A stretch of DNA of 64,000 nucleotides from contig NW_024704768.1 of the NCBI RefSeq assembly GCF_018977255.1, positions 3,720,001 to 3,784,000 on the forward strand. Direction: 5' to 3'. Positions 45,717 through 58,197 of the stretch are shown piece by piece. The notes below the pieces were generated by a model. The model had not been told where the DNA came from. It worked only from the letters and a program-made list of their open reading frames with translations, and did no database searches. Within the stretch, counting starts at the first letter, position 1. Each line of letters opens with the position of its first letter. The position numbers and the translations under genes are program-made. The stretch is from Callorhinchus milii (taxonomy: Eukaryota).

Positions 45717-46351
45717 CGTCGAGTTTCCGGTCCTTCCCGGCGGGAGCAACGGTCCTCTCCCAGCCGGGCTCGGGGCTTTACACGTTATTACCTCCGGTGA
45801 CGCTGACCAGTCACTGACGATTCAGTGTTCCTTGGCCCTAAATGTGCTATCGCTGGTGCGCTGGGGAATCGACGTGAACCACACAGACAGCCTCAACAGC
45901 GGGGTCCGCGGCGCAGGCGGAATCCGGCCGCTCCGTCCTTCCCGCCTCAAAGCCTGAGGGAATGGCCACGCAGTTTACGCACAAGACGTTTTTTAAAAGT
46001 ATTTTTAAACTGAAGTGATCTTAGGCTGGTTTCCGTGCGAGCGGTTTAAGTGTTTTTTTATAAATGTTTGAGCAGGCACAGGAAGTGGGGTGGGGGTGGG
46101 GGGGGGGGGTCGGGGGGGCCAAAAATACACAGCCACTCCACTTTACAGTGAATCCTGACACAAGAATTATTATTATTTACTATAAGCACTGGGACGGGTT
46201 TCCGCGCGTGTCAGACACCCGGCTGATCCCCTCGACCCCCCCCCCCCCATCTCCCACCCCCTCCGGAAAGAAAATCTACTCGTGGTAGATTGCTGCGTCT
46301 TGTTGTGACTCCATCCCTCTCTCTCTCCCTGTCTCTCTCTCGCTCTCTCAG

Positions 46352-46471
46352 TAAGCGAGCCACAGAGAGCGAGCTGCATCGCTCCATGAACGAGTTCCTC
46401 AGCAGACTGCAGGACGACCTGAAGGAAGCCATGAACACCATGATGTGCAGTAAATGCGAAGGCAAGCACAA
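46352..46471 (+). CDS. DNAJC14: DNAJC14 exon (post-J helix, first CxxC)
   Basis: ctcag|T..AA|gtaagt, 120 bp; KRATESELHRSMNEFLSRLQDDLKEAMNTMMCSKCEGKHK. Confidence 0.93.
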
Positions 46472-46827
46472 GTAAGTGAGTGAGTGCTCTCGCTCCCTCT
46501 CTCGCCGCCCTCCCTCCGCCTGGTTAAACCTCGCTCCCGCCACCGGGCGTGGGACACCGCCCCGGCCTGTTATCGTCAACACGTTAACAGTAATTTGGTT
46601 CCCTCGACTGTTCGTGGGGACGTCTCGCTGGGCGCAATTGGCGGCTGCGTTTCGCCCACGAAATATACAGTCGCTACGCTTTACAGTGCGTCCTGTGAAG
46701 CTCTTTGAGACGCCTGGAAGACGTGATAAGGCGCTGGGTCAAATAGGAGGATTATTATTATTATTATAACTGTTGTACCCTGGCTGTTGACTGATACCCT
46801 CGGCCGCTAAATTGTCCTCTTGCGCAG

Positions 46828-46988
46828 GAAGTTTGAGATGGACCGGGATCCGCTGTGCGCTCGCTATTGCGCGGAGTGTAACAAGAGGCACTCGGTCGAG
46901 GAGGGAGATCTGTGGGCCGAGTCCAGCATGCTGGGCCTCAAAATCACCTACTTCGCCATGATGGACGGCAAAGTGTACGACATCACAG
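46828..46988 (+). CDS. DNAJC14: DNAJC14 exon (Jiv90 domain)
   Basis: gcag|G..G|gtaaag, 161 bp; [53 protein letters not shown]. Confidence 0.94.
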
Positions 46989-47893
46989 GTAAAGCCGTCC
47001 GTCCGTCCGCCACGAGGAAGGTTTCGTTTTGTAGAATCCTAGAATTACGCAGAGCAGAAGGAGGCCATTCGGCCCATCGGGTCTGTGCCAGCTCTTTGAA
47101 AAGAGCTTCAATTCAATCCCACTCCCCCACGCTCTCGCCCCATAGCCCTGCAAACTTGCCCTCTTCCCCCCCCACCCCCCCAATAATTATCTAGTCAATT
47201 TATCTAGTCAACACACGGTCACTCCACTATATAGTTTTGTATCCTGTGGAGCGCTTTGAGACGCCTCGAAGACGTTGCATCAAATGCGAGGATTATTATT
47301 ATAACACCAGGTCTCTCTACACGTGTGGACTCCTGTGGTTAGAGCCATCGCCTGGCGAGCGAGAGAACCCGGGTTCGATTCCCGGGCGGGTCAGGGCCAG
47401 AGCGAAGCCTTAGGCAAGTTTCCTTACTCCCGTGCCCCCCCCCCCCCCCACATACACACACACCTGTTTACCTACTGACCACCTACTGACTGCTGGTAAT
47501 AATAATAATAATGCAAGGATTATTATTATTATTATTATTACCAGCAGTCAGTAGGAACCCCGTTGTTAGTCGGATCACATTTCTGGGGGCGAAAAAATGC
47601 GGTCACTCAATCCACGGCTGTTTGAGGGGACGTCGTTGGGTGCAATCGGCTGCTGTGTTTCTCCCCACAGAATACAGAGTCACTACACTTTTCAGCATAT
47701 TCCGTGAAGCACTTTGAGACGTCGCAACACTGCGATAAGACAAGCGGGATGTGGAGAAAGGAAACTTGTAGTAATAGTCATATTATAACGGGAGCTGTCT
47801 ACTGTGCTTGAGAGCGGGGAAGGTGGTGGGGGGTGGGGGGGGGGGGGAGAGGATTATGATCTTCAGCTCTTTTCCCCTTTTTCACCCCCACAG

Positions 47894-47996
47894 AGTGGGC
47901 CGGCTGTCAGCGGGTGGGGATTTCCCCCGACATCCATCACGTTCCTTATCACATCTCCTTCGCAACCCGCACCCCAGGAGGTGGTGCGCGACACAG
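47894..47996 (+). CDS. DNAJC14: DNAJC14 exon
   Basis: acag|AG..AG|gtgggt, 103 bp; [23 protein letters not shown]. Confidence 0.93.
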
Positions 47997-48436
47997 GTGG
48001 GTCAGGGCAGGGGAGCGGGGGTGAGGGGAGAGAGAGTTGGGGGGGTGGTGGGGGGGGGGATGGAGGTTGGGGGGCGGTGTGGGATAGAGCGAGAGAGAGT
48101 TGGGGGGGGGGGAGGGAGGGGTTGGGGGAGGAGAGAGTTGGGGGAAGGAGAGAGAGTTGGGGGGGTGTTGGGGGGAGAGAGAGCGAGAGGTGGTGGGAAA
48201 ATGGCGGAATGGGCTAGAGGGGCTGAATGGCCGACTCCTGTTCTTACGTTCCCTTTTCCAACAGTGCAGTGAGATCTTTTAACGTCCACCTGAACAGGGA
48301 GAGGGTGACTTGGGAGGTGTCACAGGAACAGGACATGTTCCGATAACTGTAACTTGTTGTTGTTTGCGAGCGGCTGATTGGACTGACGAGGGTCTAACCC
48401 CCTGCTCCGCGCGCTGCCTTTCCTTTCTCCCCCCAG

Positions 48437-48632
48437 ACCGAGCACGGAGAGCGGCCTGCCATCCGCTCCCGACCTTCAGGAATTCTTCACCCGGATTTTC
48501 ACCCCCAACGGCAGCTTCTCGGGCCCCTGGACCCCGCCGGCCCCCGGGACCCAGCCCCGCTCGGAGGCCTCGCAGCGAGCCGACTCCAAGCCCAAGAGGA
48601 GGAAGAAGGTGCGGAGGACGTTCCCGCGATAA
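48437..48632 (+). CDS. DNAJC14: DNAJC14 terminal exon
   Basis: ccccag|A; ..PDLQEFFTRIF..SKPKRRKKVRRTFPR*, compare mammalian KPKRRKKVRRPFQR. Confidence 0.92.
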
Positions 48633-50542
48633 ACGAATTCCCCCGGGAATCGGCTCCGGCTCCATCTCCGCGCAGAATCCAGGCACGGGCGGACTGACTG
48701 ACTCGACTCCCGCTGACGCCTCCCGAGGCTCGCACTCAGCCAGAGAGAGAGAGGGGGGGTAAACGAGAGGGGTAAGAGGAGAGTGATACGAGAGGGAGAG
48801 AGAGAGTTAAACGAGGGTGTTGGGGGGGGGGGGTGGGGGAGTGAGAGAGAGGAGAGTGAATCAAGAAAGAGATGGTTAAACGAGGGGAGAGAGGAGAGAG
48901 AGTTAAACGAAGGGTGGGGGAAGAGAGAGGTAAACGAGAGAGAAAGAGATCCAGCAAATAGACTCGGAGTGTGCGGCAGAGGGAGAGCGAGGGAGGGAGG
49001 GAGGGAGGATCGTTAAGAGTGGAGGCGAAGCGACACAATGATTAGGTGACAAAGCGCTTGTGGCCCAATCCCTCCCGGTCAGGCTGAAAGCAGATTAGTA
49101 CTTGGTTTTGTTTCGGGGGGGGGGGGGGGGCGGTGGTGGGGGTTTATTGCCGGACACGACGGTCAAGAGTTTCTTTTTAGAAAAAAAATCTTAATTTTAT
49201 TTTGTTCGCAAACTCATCTACCTCCTTCCCAAAATGTTTGTACAATTCACTTGAAATATTGAACACAACTGCCTCCCCCCCCCCTCCCTCCTGGGTAGAG
49301 AGAACGCTGCGTGTGTGTGCGCGTGTATGTGTGTCTGGGTCCGTTGGGGGGAGAGAAGATGGGGTGGTGCGGTGGGGTGGGGGTGGGGGGCGTGTGAGGG
49401 GGAAGAGAGAGAACGGATATGTCTTTCTGAGTGTGACAGAGGGTTAGGTTGGGCTCGCTGTCAAGTAGACGGGGTGGGGGGGGGGGGGGGGGGGCGGTGT
49501 GTGTGGGGGGGAGGAGTGATTACGTTGTCCAGTCGGGTTTTTAAAAGCAGTTTTTTTTATATTCTGTACATAAAAAAACACAGCGGAGAAAAACAGCGAT
49601 GAAACCGAATTAAGCTGCAAAAAAAAAAAAAAAAACCCACTCGCGAGAGAACGAGAGTTTAATGGCTCACGGATTCAGGACGGGTGTGTTTTTTTTTCCC
49701 CCCCCCCTTTTTGTAAATTAAATTAAAAATTACTGGAATATTTTACTTTCTTCGATAGGAATTGTACAAAAAAAAACTTATAAACTTAAGGATGGTCCGA
49801 GCGAGGTTTTTTTTTCACAGAGAAAGTTTGTTATTTCTATTCACAATCTCGCGAAGCTTCCCGTCTCTCTCTCGGTCTCTCTCTGTCTGTCTCGCTCTCT
49901 CTCTCTCTCTCTCTCTGGTGTGACTCCCAAGCCTTGTGGTGTGTTGTAGACACGGTGCCACACGCACGTCATCCACACACGCCCAATTCCACGCGCGCCG
50001 CACACACACACACACACGTGTCAGCAACGTGCTCAATCCAGCCACACGCCTCCTCCGTGGGTGTTTCTACGGGGTTATTATTGGGGCGTAGGTGGGGGAA
50101 TTGAGCGAGATCTGTACAGGGGATTGTTTGGGGTTAATGGAGGAATCTTCTCAGTTCACAGTCACACAATCACACACACTCAGTCGCACACAATCACACA
50201 CACTCAGTCGCACACACAATCACACACACACGTAACACTGACACCCCTACAAACTCACACACACTCAAACACCCACACACTTTAACACTAACACCACTAC
50301 AATCTCTCACATATACACAGACACACACACACACACAGAGCTGCTGTAAACATAAAACTTTTATCTGTGCAGAATCCTGAAAAGAAAAGGTATAAAATGA
50401 CATTGAAGTTGTTTATACAAAGGGCACAAGTGGTGAGTTACAGGCTGGGGCCTGGCTGTGCTGAGGGGTGGGGTGGAGGGGTGTTGGGGGGGGGGGGGGT
50501 GCGGGGGAACAGGGGCAGTCTCTGGGCTTCCGCTCGCTCCCG

Positions 50543-50678
50543 TCAGTACTTGTTGATCCCAAAGATTCGGACCCCGTGCAGCTGAGGGAGTTTGGGGATG
50601 AGGGCAGTGAGCAGGGAGATCGTGTTGACCAGGAAATGGCGAGGGTCATATTTGGTGTAGAAACTCGCCAGCAAATAC
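50543..50678 (-). CDS. ORMDL2: ORMDL2 last coding exon
   Basis: ccag|G; [44 protein letters not shown]. Confidence 0.95.
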
Positions 50679-51263
50679 CTGGAAAAGAAACAAGTCATTA
50701 TTAGCACAACAACCTGGGAGCGGAGTCCCCTGTAGCTCGGTGGTCAGAGCCCCCGCCTCGCAAGCGAGAGGACCTGGATTCCATTCCCGGGCAGGGCGAA
50801 ACCTTAGGCAAGTTTCCTTCCTCCACACACGCACACGCACACGCACACACACGCCTCTGTTTACCCAGTAGTCAGTAGGAACCCGCTTGTTAGTTAGCGG
50901 ATCACTTTCTGGGGGTACTAATCCCTCCCGAAAAAAAATGTGGGTACTCACTCCACGGCTGTTTGTGGGGGGGAACGCTGCTGTGCCGGGTTTCGCCCAC
51001 AAAATGCAGTCGATTCGCTTTTACAGTGAAGCGCTTTGATATGTGATAAAGACGCCGATAATTAATAATAATAATAATAATAACGCAATGATTGGTTTAC
51101 GATTTACTGCCTTTTCCACAAAACGCTAGAAATTGGCCTTTCGCGCCGGGGTGGGGGGAGTGGGGAGGGGGTGAGAGCGGCGCCTCGGAGCGCTTGGGCA
51201 CGAGTGACGAGGGATTGAATTAAGGCACAACAACGGTCACGGTTGAACACAGCGTCGACTCAC

Positions 51264-51415
51264 AGGATGATGGGGCTGATGGTGAGGAACTTGCGGGAGG
51301 AGGTGAACTGGATCCCGTAATCCATCTGTTCCCAGTGTGTGAGCAGCCGGGCTTTGCCCTGGTCGGGGGTTTCGAAGGGCGTTCCCTTGACTGTGTGTAG
51401 GAACCAGTACATCGT
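51264..51415 (-). CDS. ORMDL2: ORMDL2 middle coding exon
   Basis: tgcag|ACG..CT|gtgagt, 152 bp; [49 protein letters not shown]. Confidence 0.95.
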
Positions 51416-51776
51416 CTGCAAAACAACAACAACAACTTGCATTTTGCACGGCGCCCCCCCTTTTCGTAGGGTTTAAGAGACCCGGAGAGCTCGAGGGCGG
51501 CGGAGTCTGAGCCCAAACCAGGGAGGGAGGGGAGGGGAGGGAGGGGGGGGGAGGGAGGGGAGGGAGGGAGGGGACCGTAAGCACCATCAAAAAAGGAAGG
51601 TCTTTAGGTGGGATTTGAAGGTGAGGAGGGAGGGGGCAAGGTGGAGGGGATCGAGGGAGAGAGTGACCAGAGTTTCGAGGTGTAGTGGCTGAAGGCACGG
51701 CCACCGATTGGGGGAGCAAAGCTGGGGGGTTGGGGGGGGTGGGGGGGACGAGGGACGAGCAGGAGCCAGAACTCAC

Positions 51777-51950
51777 CGAGTTGTGGATGACGTGAGTGAG
51801 GGTCCACACCACGGGGATGCTGAAGACCGGAATGCTCAACAAGACGACATGGAGAAATCCCACCAAGATGAGGTAGGCCAGCCAGATGCCCCGGCTGTTC
51901 ATTATCCGCGTGTTGGGGTTCACCTCGCTGTGAGCCACCCCGACATTCAT
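51777..51950 (-). CDS. ORMDL2: ORMDL2 first coding exon
   Basis: [26 protein letters not shown].., TCG|gtgagt; total CDS 462 nt = 153 aa; GIWLAY and adjacency to DNAJC14 favour ORMDL2. Confidence 0.93.
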
Positions 51951-51971
51951 CCTGGCTCCGGCTGTCACACG

Positions 51972-52012
<41 letters not shown>

Positions 52013-52473
52013 CATCAAATAAACAACAATAACCGTTGCATTTGACCCGGCGCCTCATCACGCCGTCGAGGCGTCTCAAACCTCTTCACCGGGTGCCCTG
52101 CAACAACAACAACAACAACAATAATAATAATAATCCTCGCACTTGATTCAGCGCTTTTCACGTCTTCGCGACGTCTCAAAGCGCTTCACAGAACAGACTG
52201 TTGACTGCATATTTGTGGGCGAAACGGGGCGGCCAATTGCGCACAGCAGCGTCCCCACAAACGGCCGCGGATTGACTTTCGGAGGGGATTATCTCCCCCC
52301 CCCAACCCCCCCCCCCCCCGCCGCCCGCCCGCCCTTGAAACCGATCAGCCAATCGACTGACGACCAGGTACCTATTTAGTGAGGAGTGCGGCGTAAGGAA
52401 ACCCGGCCACGGTTTCGCCCGGTCCGGGAATCGGAGCCGAGTCCTCTGCCTTACCGGGAGAACGCACGAACGT

Positions 52474-52798
52474 GGAGTCCTGTAGCTCAGTGGTTAGAGC
52501 ACTCGCTTTGCAAGTGAGAGACCTGAGTTCAATTCCAGGCAGAGGGCGAAACCTCGGGCAAGTTTCCTTACTCCACACAGAGCCTAATAATAATCCCTCC
52601 AAAACCCAAAACAATAATAAATTGGTCATTTTCAATCTACGACTGTTTGTGGGACATTGCTGTGCGCAATTGGCTGCCGTGTTCGCCCACAAATATACAG
52701 TCAATTCACTTTACAGTGTGTTCTGTGAAGCGCTTTGGGACGTCCTCTCCCGACGTGAAAAGCACTATATCAAATGCAAGGATTATTATTATTATTAT
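52474..52798 (+). mobile_element. Near full-length tRNA(Ala)-derived SINE, representative of the dominant repeat family (dozens of fragments in the window)
   Basis: A box TAGCTCAGTGG, anticodon-like TTGCAA, B box GAGTTCAATTCC, Deu-domain-like body TGTGCGCAATTGGCTGCCG, L2-like GTGAAGCGCTTTG...AAATGCAAG end and (ATT)n tail; AACGT on both flanks. Confidence 0.9.
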
Positions 52799-53164
52799 AA
52801 CGTTGTTGCTCTGTCGTTGCTCTGAATTATAAGGTGACGTTTCGTAACGATGTCTCTCCTCTCACTCTTACGCGGCTGTTTTAAGCCGATATGTGTTGCT
52901 GCTGCGATTATATCGTTTATATTATATGATCATCAATAATTTATAGTCATTATTGGTAATTAGACTGTTGTGCGCTGTGACACAGTGACTTGACATTCGG
53001 CTTCGATCAGGGCTGTAATCACCGGCTCGAGGGGATGTTATGGGGGAAACTTTAACCCGTTGCCATTGAGAGCAGCTCAGAGAGGGGGGGACACAGCCCC
53101 TTTCCCCCCCTGTGAGACCCGCCTCAAACTGAGAGAAAAAAAATACAGATTCTCTTTAAAACCT

Positions 53165-53495
53165 GAGATTCCCCCCCATTTCCCCCTGAATTTCCCCCCC
53201 ATTCCCCACTGAATTTCCCCCCCATTCCCCACTGAATTCCCCCCCCATTTCCCCCTGAATTTCCCCTGAATTCCCCCCCGATTCCCACTGAATTCCCCCC
53301 CCATTCACCCCTGAATTCCCCCCATTCCCCCTGAATCCCCCCCCCCCCATATCTCCCCCATTCCCCCCTGAATTTCCCCCCTGAATCCCCCCCATTTCCC
53401 CCCTGAATCCCCCCCCATTCCCCCCTGAATCCCCCCCATTCCCCCTGAATTTCCCCCCCCCCCCATTTCCCCCCTGAATCCCCCCCATTCCCCCC
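53165..53495. repeat. C-rich minisatellite (CTGAATTCCCCCCCATTCCCC-like units)
   Basis: Seen directly, in the first intron of ORMDL2. Confidence 0.9.
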
Positions 53496-53529
53496 GTCCC
53501 CGCTGTGCACACACTGACCCACTCACTCA

Positions 53530-53790
53530 CTCACCCACCGGCTCCTTTAACTGCTACCCGGAAGTGCCCGCCCCTCAACCTAACCTGCTGATCAGGCCCC
53601 GCCCTCCTCACCCGCCACGGGACGCGCTGATTGGCGTATCCCTGGCTGGGCCCGCCCCATCCGCCGCTCCGATTGGCCACGCGCCCGTCAATCACAGTGC
53701 TTGCCAGCACGTTAGGCTGCGCGTAGGCACAGCGGGTCAACGAGGCGGACAAAGAGGCAGCTGCTGGGTGGCAAGATGGTACCAAGGGTC
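53530..53790 (-). promoter_or_regulatory. ORMDL2 CpG promoter and non-coding first exon
   Basis: Minus-strand donor GG|gtgagt near 53534, ETS CCGGAAGTG, GC boxes, two GATTGG CCAAT boxes, YY1-like CAAGATGG. Confidence 0.65.
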
Positions 53791-56700
53791 CAGGTTCTGG
53801 GAGTCAGCCAAGGCCACACCACCCAGTGGCGGATCAATGCCAATGTCTTCATAAAGAATAATTACATTATTATGTTCTTATTATTTTATTCTTGTATTAT
53901 TATTATTATTATTGTCTTATTGTCATGTTATTATTTTTGTTTTATTTTATTTATCACGACAACAGCAATACTAATTATTAATGCTGATGATATTAATCGT
54001 TACTATAAATAAATAGATAAATAAATCAATAAATAAAGTAAACAACGCCGACAAAATTGGTCGCTTCGATCCACGACTGTTTGTGGTGGGGGACGGGAGG
54101 GGGGGGGGACGGCGCTGAGCACGATTGGCTGCCGCGCTTTGCCCACAAAAGACACGGTCACTACACTTTGCGGTGCATCCTGTGGAGCGCCTTGAGCCGT
54201 CTCGACGACGTGAATAGGCGCTGTTGGGTGGAATCCGGTTGTCCGTCTCACTTTGAGCGCACAACAACAACAACTTGCATTTACAGAGCACCACCCCCAC
54301 CCCCCCCCCCCCTCCCCCCGCAACGACTCCGAGCGGGGAGTGGGGAGGTGACCATAGGCACTGGTCGAAGAGGAAGTTTCGGGGCGTAGTGGCTGAAAGA
54401 GCGCTGCGGATTTCCTTAGTGGTCCTCATTGTGAAGTGAGGCGAGATGTCAGCCAGTTCCTCCCGAGGATATTTATATTGCTCTCCAGGTTCTCTGACAA
54501 GACACATGGTTCCCATTAGGTTCTCGCGCATACGTTCACGGTCGCATGTACACCCCCCCCCACCCCCCTCTCCCACAGCCCACCATGTGCCACCCAACCC
54601 CCCAACCAACCACCACCACCACCACCACTACCTTCACGGCTTTTATCCCAGTTTTAATTTACAGTTTTTTCCAAATTTCACGAAAAAATTTCAGCAATGG
54701 TCTCCCCCCCCTCCACCCCCCCCATCCCTCCCCTCCACCCCAGGAGAAGCTGTCAGACTGGTTTGAGTTCCTGCTCTGGAGCTAATCTCTTCTGAACCAA
54801 CCCCGAATTTATCATACAATAATAATAAGCCTTGCATTTGACACAGCGCCTTATCACGTCGTCGAGATGTCTCGAAGCGCTTCAAGGAAACTTGCCTCGG
54901 GTTTTGCCCCACCTGGGAATCGAACCCCCGGGTCCTCTCGCTTGCGAGGCGAGCGCTCTAACCACTGACCTACGGTACGGAGAGTCTTAATCCTCACTTA
55001 AATGACACGGGACAAAATCTCGAGCACAGTCTAGGGTGACATTCCAGCGCGGAGCTGGTGGGGGGGGTGGGGAGTGGGGTGGAGGGGGTGCAGTTGGGAG
55101 GGAGGAGAGCTGCATTGTTGCCATCCTTTGGATGAGACGTTAAAGCAATCTCGGTTTCTTGGTTGAACGATTCGTCTTCAGGACTACAGTGGGGTAGCGT
55201 CCCAGAGCGTTTGAAATTGGTGGAGTCTAACCCTGGGCCGGAGGGAGAGGGAGGGAGGGAGGGGGGTGACCATAACCGTGATCAAAAAGGAGGGTCTTTA
55301 GGTGGCATTTGGAAGTGGGGAGAGGGAGGGAGGGAGGGAGGGAGGGAGGGAGGGGTCGAGGCGGAGGGATTGAGGGAGAGAGTTCCAGAGTTTCGGGGGG
55401 AAATACGGCCACCAATGGTGGAGCGGAGGCTGTAACTCTCTATCTTTCTCTCTATCTCTCTCTAGCGCTCTCTCTCCCGGGCGGGTATCCTGGCCGACAT
55501 TCCTCTACCTTCACAGCCGACGGTGGAACGTTCAGGTTGGCTCGATCCTCCAGCCTGAATTCCTGGATGTCGGAGGCAGTAAAAAAGGCTGCACATGGCA
55601 GCTTGAAAAAGCTTTCCTCCCGGGGGGATGGAATGGAAACTCATCCCTCACACGAGCGGACGTCACGGGCTGCGGCGAGAGGCCAGGGAGGGGCTGCTTC
55701 CTGGCTCTCCCCACGGAAACTGGGGAAAGCCTTTGATAATGCGTTTTGATGGACGAGACGGGTCTTTGGCATCGTTTCTCCTGCTGGGGGGGGGGGGAGG
55801 GCCTGGGGGTGGGGGGGGAGGATGCGGGGGGGGAGGGCATGGGGGGGTGGGGGTTAAATCACATGGCGCACACCACGCGGAGCAGACTCCGCATGTGGGG
55901 CAGGTGTTCGCCCTTCTGGACCGGCGGAGCGGGAACCTGGGGCTCAAAGCGCTTCTCAGGATGTGCTGGAAACTGTAGTGACTGTGTGTGTTTTGTGGGC
56001 GAAACGCGGCAGCCGATGGCGCACAGCAGTGTCCCCACAAACACTCGTGGGTTGAAGTGACCAATTTATTATTATTATTTTACTGTTGTGGAAGGGAGTA
56101 TCACCCCCGGAAAAGCGATCTGCCAATTGACTGATGTTCCTATTTACTGTTGGGTAAACAGAGGTGTGTGTGGGGGGGGGGGGGGGGTACAGGTGGGGAA
56201 TAAGGAAACTTGCCCAACGTTTCATCCTGACCTGACCCGCCCGGGAATCGACCCCTGGTCCTCTCGCTTGCCAGGAGGCGAGGGCTCTAACCCCTGAGCT
56301 AAAGATCTCGCGACACTATCTAGAAAGGAAGAGAACATAGGAACAGGAGGAGGCCATTCAACCCCTCGGGCCCGTTCCGCCATTCTATAAGATCACGGCT
56401 GATCTGTACCTCAACTCCAATTACCCCCCCCATTTGCCCCGTATTCCCCTCGATCCCCCCGAGCTGACAAACATCTCTCCGCCTCAGTCGTGGAAACGAG
56501 AATGGATCCACAGCCGTAATCCACGGAGGGAGACAGTTCCAGATTTATGCAACCCTTTGCGTGGACGGAATCTCTCGCGTGTTTTGCTGCAGGAACAGTC
56601 ACTACACTTGATGGTAATTACTTGTGAAGCAAGCCGAGGTGCGCATTTGCGGCACTGCAGGGTCCTGGACGTCAGAAGCCCTGCAACACTGCTGCATTGG

Positions 56701-57637
56701 ACACCGGAAGAAGATTAGGAACATTGACGGCACTTGAGCCTGATGCAGTCGGAGTTTTTTGAGAGAGAGAGGGAGGGAGAGAGAGAGAGAGAGAGAGAAA
56801 GAAAGGGAGGGAGAGAGAGAGAGAGTGAGATAGGGAGAGGGTGCGTGAGAGGGGGAAGAGGGAAAGGGAGGGGGAGCGTGACAGAGGCAGAGAGAGGGGG
56901 CAGAGCGAGGGAGAGAGAGTGAGTGCGCCAGAGAGAGAGGGAGAGAGAGTGAAAGCCGTCGCTGGGCTTCAACCCACAAAGCACACAGTCACCGCACGTT
57001 ACCGCGAGTATCCCGCGAAGCGCTCTGAGACGTCTCGGTGGCGTTGATCAGGCGCCGCTATTATTATTTATGTCACCATTACTATTATTGGACGTTCTCG
57101 AGAACGTGTCCTGTGCAATTCCAGATGACACCATCAGAGGGACGGAACAGACACTGAGAGACTGAAACGGACTTCAATACGGTTCGTTTACTCCGATTTA
57201 GGAAACCGGTTGAGTCGATAAGGAAAAGATTAGCAAAAAAAAAAAAAAATCTCTCAGATCAGAGACAGGCGCAGCTGCAATTTGAATGAATTATTAATTT
57301 TTTTTTACATGAAACCGCCCCCCAACCCCCCCCCGAAAAAAAAATCCAGATATTTACAGGCTTAAAAATTGGAAACATTCAGGTGTCAATCTCCAGGGAA
57401 TATTTCACATTTTTCTCTCCATAAAAGTCACCGCGATCTTTATTGCAGAGCGAAAGTGTCTGCTTTGATGAGGATGGAAACTTTTTGACTTGGTCAAGGG
57501 GGGGTTTACGGTTCCAGGAAAATAAATCGGATTTAAAGTGGGAGCCGACAGCAAGCGATGTGAAACAGCGTGAAATAGCTGCAGGTTTAGTGTGGGCTTT
57601 ATAAATCAGTTATACATAATATATATCCATAAAACAA

Positions 57638-58028
57638 TCTTCGCATTTGATGCAGCGCCTTATCGCGTCTTTGGGAGTCTCAAAGCGCTTCGCAGAATAT
57701 GCTGTCAAGTGAATTGACTGTGTATTCTGTTGGCGGCCAATGGAGCGCAGCAGTGCCTCACAACTGGTCGTGGATTGAGTGACCACATTATTATTTTGTT
57801 TTGGAGGGATTATTACCCCCGGAAAAGCCATCCGCCAATTGATTAACAACCGGGTCCCTGCTTACTGCTGGGTAAACAGAGGCGCGTGTGTGTGTGTGTG
57901 TGGGGGGGGGCGGGGGCGGGGGGGGGAGAAAGGAACTTGTCCAACGTTTCGTCCTGTCCCGCCCGGGAATCGAACCCGGGTCCTCTCGCTTGCGAGGCGA
58001 GGGCTCTAACCACTGAGCTCACAGGGAC
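57638..58028 (-). mobile_element. tRNA-derived SINE
   Basis: Complete reversed head, body and tail; other copies at ~55945-56300 (-), ~59380-59712 (+), ~50722-51050 (+), ~9595-9895 (-), ~7805-8070 (+). Confidence 0.85.
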
Positions 58029-58164
58029 GCCACAATGCAGTGGTGTACTGGAGCGTTCCTCTGGGCTGTGAGCTCGAAGTATGTGTGTGTGTGTGGGGGG
58101 TGTGGGGGGGTGTGGGGGGGGGAGGTGGGGGGTGGGAATGGGGGGGAACAGAGCGAAACCAGAG

Positions 58165-58197
<33 letters not shown>

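Noticed and set aside
52474-52545. tRNA-Ala-like sequence (and similar heads elsewhere)
   Set aside because: It continues directly into the SINE body and tail and is one of many degenerate copies, so it is a SINE head rather than a tRNA gene
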